Assembly: GCA_963717145.1 (NCBI GenBank)
Contig: OY970325.1
Span: 1,334,930 to 1,398,929 of the forward strand
DNA: 64,000 nucleotides
From: an uncultured Armatimonadetes bacterium
Lineage (GTDB): Bacteria; Armatimonadota; UBA5829; DTJY01
Direction: 5' to 3'
The notes beneath the pieces were generated by a model that was not told the origin of the DNA, did no database searches, and saw only the letters and a list, made by a program, of their open reading frames with translations. Shown in pieces: positions 57,453 to 64,000 of this stretch. Within the stretch, counting starts at the first letter, position 1, and every line of letters starts with the position of its first letter. A program made the translations under genes and the position numbers.

Positions 57453-58988
57453 GTGGCGCATAAGAACAGCCTAGTAGCGACTTTGCTCAGAAGCTTGGAT
57501 CTTGGGAGCTCTGTTGCTGAATCAGACGGATTGCTCGAAGTGGCGCGGGTGGAGACGTCGGCATTTGCGGATCTTATAAGTGATCGCGTCGATCTCATAC
57601 CCGGCACCAAGGGGTCGGGCAAGAGCGCTCTGTTCCGTATCTTCGTGGACTTTCTACCGGACTATTTGCTCACTCAGCGAAAAGTCGTCGTCGCCCATGG
57701 TGTACAGACGCCAGGCGATCCTGTCTTCCATACCTTTACTGAGCGGTTCCAAAAACTGACTGAAGATGAGTTTATGAGCTTCTGGTGTATCTATCTTGTG
57801 TCGCTCGCTCATGAGCAGTTTGTCAAGGGCGACCGATATAAGGCTATACTCAAGACGGCCGGGGCTGAGGTGGATGCGTTTCGGCAGGCGTGCTTGGATG
57901 CAAGGATTCCGGAGATCACTGCGAAGAAGTCGCTTCGAGCGATTCTTGAGTGGTCTTTGAATGCACTTCGTCTATGGCGCCCGAAGCTCAGATACACTCC
58001 ACCTGGCGAAGTGGGAGAGATGGAGCTTGATCTATTCGGTTCTGCGGAGGACACTGCAGACCATGCGGCAGTAGTACCCAACCATCCGGTACAGCCGGAG
58101 TATGTCAGCGCGATTAGAGAGGCCTTGGATGCTCTGCTTGCCAAGACTGATTACACTCTGTGGCTTATGGTCGACAGGCTGGATGAAGTATTCCCAAGGC
58201 GTTCCGAGCTTGAAAGAACTGCGCTCCGGGCGCTACTCCGTGCAATGCGCCAGTTCTCCACTCCGAGGATTCGTGTCAAGATCTTCCTGCGCGATGATAT
58301 GCTAGATCATATTGTTCGTGGTGAGAATGGGTTTACCGCCCTAACGCATGTTACAGCGAGACAATCCGATACTCTTCGCTGGACCTCCGAGCAGCTTCTA
58401 ACGATGCTTGTGAAGCGGATATTTGCCAACGACTTGCTTCCACTTCGTCTAGGTGTCAACCGAGCACAGATTGATGCGAGCGCCAAGTACCGGGAGGAGT
58501 GCTTTTACAAAGTTTTCCCCCCAACCGTATTCCACGGAGCCAAACAGAGTCCTACGCTACGCTGGATCTGTAACCGGTGCGCTGACGGACGCGGCGTTGT
58601 GACCCCGCGGGACGTGCTCGATCTCGTGATTCGCGCGAGACAGAAGCAAGAGGACACATGTTCCCATGATCCTGAAGGTAGCATGGACTATATAATAGAC
58701 TCTCCGGCGATTCAGTATGGATATGAGGAGCTCTCGAAGCGCAAGCGCCAGACTTACCTTGAGGCTGAGTTCCCCCATCTCTGGAAGCACATCGAGAAGT
58801 TCATTGACGGGAAGGCTGAGTATGACGGGGAAGCTTTGCAGGTCATCTTGGGGTCGGATTGGCGGTCGATCGCTGATGACCTGGTGGCGATAGGATTTCT
58901 ATCCAAGGCTACGAAGAGCGGACGGAACATGTACTCGATCCCATTCCTCTATCGGCATAGCCTAAACGTCACACAAGGTAAGGCCTAG
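57453..58988 (+). CDS. P-loop ATPase (Sll1717/FunZ-like)
   Basis: LDLGSSVAESD, Walker A GTKGSGKS, Walker B LMVDRLDE, IFLRDD, TPRDVL; T-rich third codon positions. Confidence 0.75.
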   Translation: MAHKNSLVATLLRSLDLGSSVAESDGLLEVARVETSAFADLISDRVDLIPGTKGSGKSALFRIFVDFLPDYLLTQRKVVVAHGVQTPGDPVFHTFTERFQKLTEDEFMSFWCIYLVSLAHEQFVKGDRYKAILKTAGAEVDAFRQACLDARIPEITAKKSLRAILEWSLNALRLWRPKLRYTPPGEVGEMELDLFGSAEDTADHAAVVPNHPVQPEYVSAIREALDALLAKTDYTLWLMVDRLDEVFPRRSELERTALRALLRAMRQFSTPRIRVKIFLRDDMLDHIVRGENGFTALTHVTARQSDTLRWTSEQLLTMLVKRIFANDLLPLRLGVNRAQIDASAKYREECFYKVFPPTVFHGAKQSPTLRWICNRCADGRGVVTPRDVLDLVIRARQKQEDTCSHDPEGSMDYIIDSPAIQYGYEELSKRKRQTYLEAEFPHLWKHIEKFIDGKAEYDGEALQVILGSDWRSIADDLVAIGFLSKATKSGRNMYSIPFLYRHSLNVTQGKA

Positions 58989-59165
58989 CTGTGCAGTAGC
59001 AATCGAAGCTCACAGATCTCAAGGTGGCCCTGGCGCAGGAAAACGGGAACGGGGAATATTTGCCAAACAGCCAATGGTCTGGACCGGATATCGTCATGCC
59101 GTCCCACAAGAGAACGAACGCCTGCATCCAGGTCGCATGAACGAGAATGCCCAGAAGCGCTTGGG

Positions 59166-59849
59166 TCATACCGGCGGTTCGAGCTTGGGAGGCTCGGGGG
59201 CGGGGGCGGGCTTCTTCGTCGTCTTGCCGGCGGTGACGAGTGCGTCCGCCAGGCCGTAGATGTACGCCAGGAAGAAGACGACTCCCGTCACCAGCACCGC
59301 CGGGCTCGTGACGTAGACGAACATCTGGAGCGTATTGACGTTCCTCGGGTACGGGGGCTGCAGGAACGCCCAACTCAGCAGGAAGATAACGAACGTGCCG
59401 AAGATGAGGGCCGCCTTCGTCAGCTCGCCGTTGTAGAGCTGCCCCAGACCGGGGACGAGCGCGCTGACAAACGCAACCACCTGGCTTCTCTCCCGCGTCA
59501 CTTGGTACTTCCCAGGGTTCTGCAGCATGTCCTGGGCCATCACCTTCGCCCGCTCGGCCTCGGCGATGTCGAGCGTTGTCCTGGCGAACTTCTTCTCCAG
59601 CGAGTCCTTCCCCGGAGCGTAGTCGAGCGCGGTCCGATACTCCGCAAGCGCGGCCTGGAGCTTCCCGGCGTCATAGAGCGAATCGCCGAGCATCTCCCGA
59701 ATGAGCACGTCCTTCGGGTTGAGTTCGAGCGCCCGGCGGCACGTATCCTGGGCCTCCAGTGGCTGACCTCGCAGGCGGTGTAAGTTGGCCTTCGCGAGCA
59801 GGAGTTCCAGTTCGCGCTCGCGATCGATTCCGGGATTCTCTGTCGACAT
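59166..59849 (-). CDS. TPR protein with C-terminal membrane domain
   Basis: RRALELNP TPR; SALVPGLGQLYNGE. Confidence 0.75.
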   Translation of the reverse strand: MSTENPGIDRERELELLLAKANLHRLRGQPLEAQDTCRRALELNPKDVLIREMLGDSLYDAGKLQAALAEYRTALDYAPGKDSLEKKFARTTLDIAEAERAKVMAQDMLQNPGKYQVTRERSQVVAFVSALVPGLGQLYNGELTKAALIFGTFVIFLLSWAFLQPPYPRNVNTLQMFVYVTSPAVLVTGVVFFLAYIYGLADALVTAGKTTKKPAPAPEPPKLEPPV

Positions 59850-60224
59850 CTACGCCTCTGCCTGCACTTCCTCGGGGGACATCGGCGGGGGGCTGCCTTT
59901 CTCTGCGCCGCTCCAGTAGGCTTCGAGGCGGTAGAACTCCCGCTCCTCCGGCGCGAATATGTGGACGATCACATCGCCGTAGTCGAGGAGCACCCAGGTG
60001 GCATGTTCGTAACCCTCCAGGCGCTTGCTCTTGATGCCGTTGTCGCGCAGTTTCTCGATGACGGCGTCGGCGATGCTTCGGATATGGACGTTGGAACTGC
60101 CGCTCGCGATGACGAGGACATCCGCCATGACGGTCCTGTTGCGAACCTCGACCTTTGCGGGGTCAAGGGCCTTCTTTTCGTCCATTGCTTCGAGTACCAG
60201 ACTGGTCTTTTCCTCTGATGTCAT
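59850..60224 (-). CDS. rsfS: Ribosome silencing factor
   Basis: EKKALD, IASGSS, WVLLDYGDVIVHIF, REFYRLE. Confidence 0.92.
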   Translation of the reverse strand: MTSEEKTSLVLEAMDEKKALDPAKVEVRNRTVMADVLVIASGSSNVHIRSIADAVIEKLRDNGIKSKRLEGYEHATWVLLDYGDVIVHIFAPEEREFYRLEAYWSGAEKGSPPPMSPEEVQAEA

Positions 60225-60239
60225 ACGTTTCCTTTCTTG

Positions 60240-60349
60240 CCAGCCAACTTCCCTGGGCACCGTAGGGGCGATCCTTCAACGGTCGCCCGTTCGTTCAGGG
60301 GGGCGACCGTTGAAGGATCGCCCCTACGGTGCCCAGGGAAGCTGGCTGG
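60240..60349. repeat. GTAG-type REP doublet within a 41-bp perfect inverted repeat
   Basis: cttccctgggcaccgtaggggcgatccttcaacggtcgccc (60248-60288) and its reverse complement (60301-60341). Confidence 0.85.
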
Positions 60350-61591
60350 TCATGTCCCCGAGGCCAGGGCGGCGAAATCCTTGCCGACGATGACGGTCAC
60401 ATCGGCGGGCGCGGCCTTATCCTGCTCCTGCTTGACGATCTGCGAGTTGAGCAGGAGCGCAATCTGTTGAGCGCCCTCATCGCTGCCCTTATGGTTGATC
60501 ACCTCGCTGGAATCATAGTCGAACTTCGGGGCATTGCCTACGGACTTGACCTCGTACCCCTTCTTCTTCAGCATCTCGGCGGCACTCGCGCCCGCTCCGA
60601 CGACTCCGCTGCCATTGAGCACTTCGATCGTCGGCAATGCGACGACCGTCTGCGGGAAGAACAGCTCCTGCACGACCTCCGCAGTCTTGTTCGCATCCGG
60701 AATCCAGTAGCTGATACCGTGGAGCGTCTCCGGCACACCGGGCAGGGTCGCCATCTTTACCCCGGCCATGTCCAGCTTGGAGACGAACTTGGCGAGATAC
60801 AGCAAGTCCTTCGGGCTCATGTCGGTCCGGACGTTCTTCGCAACGGCATCCATCGTCCGCGGAAGTTTCGGAAGGTTGGCGGGCTCCAGAGCTTTCTTCG
60901 CCAGCGCCTTCAGGAACTTCTGCTGGCGCTCGATGCGGGTGATATCACCCATCACGTCGTGCCGGAAGCGGACGTACTGCATCGCCTTGTCACCGTCGAG
61001 CACCTGGCGACCCTTCTTCAGGTTGATGTACAAGCCGCCCCACCGGTCCGTGTAGCGCATGTTCTTGTCGACGTCGATCTCCACTCCACCGACCGCGTCC
61101 ACCGTACCCTTGAATCCCTCGACGTTCGTGACGACATAGTAGTCGGGCTGAACGCCGGTCAACTCGAACACGATGCGAGCCGTCTCGACCGGGCCGCCCT
61201 GCGAGAAGGCGGCGTTGATCTTGGATGACTTGCCGTAGCCGTTCGCGTCGACCCGTGTGTCGCGCGGGATCGAGATCGCGGCGACGTGCTTCTTCTCCAG
61301 GTCGATCGAGGCGATGATAATCGTGTCGGAGAGTCCGCGCTGGCCCTTCATCCTCTTGCCGGTGTTGTCCTCGCCGAGCACCAGGATGTGGACCACCGGT
61401 CTTCCGTCAAACGGCTTCTCGAACACCTCTCTGACGTTCCACTTCATGCCGGTTCGGGAGATGTAGTACCCCAGGAACGAGCCCATGCCGCCCGCCGCGA
61501 GCAGACCCGCGGCCACCAGTACGACCATTCCGACGCGACTCATGCCGCGCGTATTACCGAGGCTCCGGGCTATCCATTTCCTCATGTTCAA
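60350..61591 (-). CDS. LCP (LytR-CpsA-Psr) family protein with LytR C-terminal domain
   Basis: SDTII, SIPRDT, KINAAF, YVRFRHD..GDITRIERQQ, IEVLNGSG, VIVGKDF. Confidence 0.9.
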   Translation of the reverse strand: MNMRKWIARSLGNTRGMSRVGMVVLVAAGLLAAGGMGSFLGYYISRTGMKWNVREVFEKPFDGRPVVHILVLGEDNTGKRMKGQRGLSDTIIIASIDLEKKHVAAISIPRDTRVDANGYGKSSKINAAFSQGGPVETARIVFELTGVQPDYYVVTNVEGFKGTVDAVGGVEIDVDKNMRYTDRWGGLYINLKKGRQVLDGDKAMQYVRFRHDVMGDITRIERQQKFLKALAKKALEPANLPKLPRTMDAVAKNVRTDMSPKDLLYLAKFVSKLDMAGVKMATLPGVPETLHGISYWIPDANKTAEVVQELFFPQTVVALPTIEVLNGSGVVGAGASAAEMLKKKGYEVKSVGNAPKFDYDSSEVINHKGSDEGAQQIALLLNSQIVKQEQDKAAPADVTVIVGKDFAALASGT

Positions 61592-62199
61592 TCTTCTGCG
61601 TACAATCCGTTCTTGCGTATGTATGCCTCGACGCTCGACGGCACGAGGTACCGTATCGACTTGCCGGCTGCCACTCTCCGCCGGATCTCGGTCGCGGAGA
61701 TGTCGATCTCGGGCATTCGGAGCACGTCGATGCTCGACAGGAACTTCGGCGGGAGACGCCTCTCCAGTTCGAGGAGATCGAATCCCGGCCTCGGTACGGC
61801 GATGAACCGCGCCAGTTCGGGGAGGGCATCCGACTCCCGCCAGCTCTCGATCTCGAGAATCTCGTCAGCGCCGGCGATGAAGTACAATTCCACTTCCGCC
61901 CCCGTCACACCTTGCAGGGCTCGAATGGTGTCCACCGAGTAGGAAGGGCCCGGCCGTTCGATCTCGATGCGCGACACCTCGAAATGCGGGTTATCGTCGG
62001 TTCCGAGCAGAGTCATAGCGTACCGATGCTCCGCGTCCGAGATCCGATACTGCGCCTTGTGAGGCGGCTCACCGGCGGGCACGAATACGACCCGTTCGAG
62101 GTCGAACGCGGTCCGTGCCTCCTCCGCCGCGATCAGGTGCGCCATGTGCAGGGGATCAAATGTTCCCCCCATTATGCCGATGCGGGTCTTGTTCGTCAT
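61588..62199 (-). CDS. nadD: Nicotinate-nucleotide adenylyltransferase
   Basis: GGTFDPLHMAH, PPHK, SYSVDT, ISATEIR, YIRKNGLY. Confidence 0.93.
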   Translation of the reverse strand: MTNKTRIGIMGGTFDPLHMAHLIAAEEARTAFDLERVVFVPAGEPPHKAQYRISDAEHRYAMTLLGTDDNPHFEVSRIEIERPGPSYSVDTIRALQGVTGAEVELYFIAGADEILEIESWRESDALPELARFIAVPRPGFDLLELERRLPPKFLSSIDVLRMPEIDISATEIRRRVAAGKSIRYLVPSSVEAYIRKNGLYAED

Positions 62200-63308
62200 A
62201 TGCCCAGTACGAGATTGTCTCTATGGATGGCCTCGTCAAAGTCCTTATGTCCAAGGATATCCACTATGTCCGAACTGCGCTTGCCCTTGATCTTTTCGAT
62301 TTCATCCGCACTATAGTTGACGAGTCCGCGGGCGAATTGGTTTCCTTGTTGGTCCAAAACCTTCACCAGATCGCCGCTCGAGAAGCCGCCCGATACGTCG
62401 GTGATCCCCGCCGCGAGCAGGCTCTTGCCGCCCCCACAGATCATCTCCCTCGCGCCGTCGTTCACCGTGATACTGCCGCGCACACTTGCACCGAATGCGA
62501 TCCAGCGCTTCCTGCTCCGAAGGCGCTCGGCCACCGGCAGGAACTTCGTGCCGATCTGCTTCCCCGCCACGATATCGGCAAGGACGTTCGGACGCCTTCC
62601 GTCGGCGATCACCATGGTGACGCCCGAGTTCACCGCAACCTCCGCCGCCTCGATCTTCGTCCGCATGCCGCCGGTCCCGGTCACTCCGTGCGTCCCGCCT
62701 GCCAATTCCCGGATCGCGGACGTCATCTTCTTGACGACAGGGATGACATTCGCCGACTCGCAGTGTTCCGGATCGGCGTCGCACAGGCCCGGTACGTCCG
62801 AGAGAATGATGAGCCAGCCCGACTGCAGGGATGACGCAACCAGCGCCGCGAGGTTATCGTTGTCCCCCACCCTGATCTCATCGACGGCCACCGTGTCGTT
62901 CTCGTTGACGATCGGCACGGCGCCGTGATGCAGGAGGGTGAGCATGGTGTTCCGGGCGTTGAGGTAGCGCTTGCGATGGCCGAAGTCTTCCTTGGTCAGC
63001 AGTACCTGGCCTACGGTGATCTTGTGGCCGGCGAAAAGATCGGCGTACATCTGCATCAGGAGTCCCTGGCCGATGGCGGCGGCGGCCTGCTTCTCGGGGA
63101 TGGTGCGCGGACGGGACTTCATCTCCATGCGCTCCATCCCTGCGCGGATGGAGCCGGAACTGACGAGCACGACCTCGTAGTCCTTCGCCTTCAGATCGGC
63201 GATCTGCTACGTAAGTGACGCGAAGTACGCTGGGTCGAGGCATCCGTTACTGTCGGTCAAGGTGCTCGACCCGACCTTAATGACTATTCGTCTGAGTCGT
63301 CTAGGCAT
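62196..63308 (-). CDS. proB: Glutamate 5-kinase with PUA domain (in-frame TAG at 63207-63209)
   Basis: RIVIKVGSSTL from ATG 63308, in frame with LVSSG, KQAAAAIGQ, NENDTV, GDNDNL, GTGGMRTK, IHRDNLV. Confidence 0.9.
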
Positions 63309-63335
63309 GTGGATAGGGTGTCAGGTGTCACCCCT

Positions 63336-63412
63336 CGCCGCGTTCGTGCAGGAGTTGAACTCCTGCACGCTGTACTGACATGCAGGAGTTCAACTCCTGC
63401 ACGAACGCGGCG
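63336..63412. repeat. 32-bp perfect inverted repeat with self-palindromic arms
   Basis: cgccgcgttcgtgcaggagttgaactcctgca (63336-63367) and its reverse complement (63381-63412). Confidence 0.85.
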
Positions 63413-63443
63413 GGGGGGACACCAAATACCCTTAAACCTCAGG

Positions 63444-64000
63444 TCATTCTACCTCATCCTCAGACGCGTAGTCAAACTCGGTCGCTCCTATCGTCACCGT
63501 GTCACCGTTCTCCACGCCCAGTTCCTCGAGCTTCTTCAGGACGCCCAGGCGCTCGAGCTTCCGGTGAAGACGGCGGACAGCCTCGTCATTGTCGAGTTTC
63601 GACATCGCCACGGTCCGAGCGATGCCTTTGCCCTCCACGACGAATTCGTGATCGCCCGCCTTCTTCACCTCGAACTTGCCTTCATCGAGCTTCTCCGGCG
63701 TGATCAGAACGACTTCATCCGCCTCGGCGGGTTCCGGTGCGAGCGCGTCGAGTCGAAGCAGTTCTTCGCCGAGGAAGTTGATCAGCGGCTGCACACCTTC
63801 ACCGGTCGCTGCCGAGATCCGGAAGACCTTCAGTCCGCGATCCTCGAGAGCCTTCTTGAGGGGCTCAGCGATCTCCAGTGCCCCGGACACATCGATCTTG
63901 TTGAGAGCCCCGACCTGCGGGAGTCTCGACAGTTTCGCGCTGTAGAGATCGAGTTCGCGGTTGATGGCATCGAAATCGTCGGCCGCATCGCGATTCGTGA
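63444..64000 (-). CDS. obgE: GTPase ObgE, C-terminal part
   Basis: INRELDLY, LNKID, ISAATGEGV, C-terminal LEELGVENGDTVTIG; obg-proB-nadD-rsfS synteny. Confidence 0.9.
   Translation of the reverse strand, partial: TNRDAADDFDAINRELDLYSAKLSRLPQVGALNKIDVSGALEIAEPLKKALEDRGLKVFRISAATGEGVQPLINFLGEELLRLDALAPEPAEADEVVLITPEKLDEGKFEVKKAGDHEFVVEGKGIARTVAMSKLDNDEAVRRLHRKLERLGVLKKLEELGVENGDTVTIGATEFDYASEDEVE

Noticed and set aside
13625-63209. Genome-wide stop-codon reassignment
   Set aside because: TAG and TGA both terminate many conserved genes at the expected positions (tatA, hflX, rsfS; miaA, nadD)

Overview
GC-rich bacterial chromosomal window, probably from Armatimonadota. This is an inference from the C-terminal domain at 46457-47050, the DUF6785-like transporter, and the mix of T-box and Hfq with diderm-type proteins. 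Housekeeping blocks are pfkB-tatA-tatA-secG, tRNA-Leu(CAG), miaA-hfq-dapF-dapL-hflX, T-box-ileS and obgE-proB-nadD-LCP-rsfS. These alternate with accessory genes: an MgtE-like cytosolic protein with an NRAMP, an atypical four-gene chaperone-usher-like cluster, three tandem paralogous secreted proteins, PilB/ComEC-like genes, glycoside hydrolases and esterases, an orphan HicB and a P-loop ATPase. Many genes carry single-base indels (about 12 in ileS), most likely uncorrected long-read errors. The notable signals are: (1) an array of 20-21-bp palindromic units of two types upstream of a helical+FN3-like protein, divergent from the ATPase; (2) many intergenic inverted arrays of 7-9-nt repeats, which sit inside the ileS T-box, nest in each other, supply stop codons and encode a signal peptide; (3) several REP/REPIN-like palindrome families with no transposase in the window; (4) an IleRS with GVHH and PMHKS signature motifs; (5) in-frame stop codons in proB (TAG) and in one secreted paralog (TGA).
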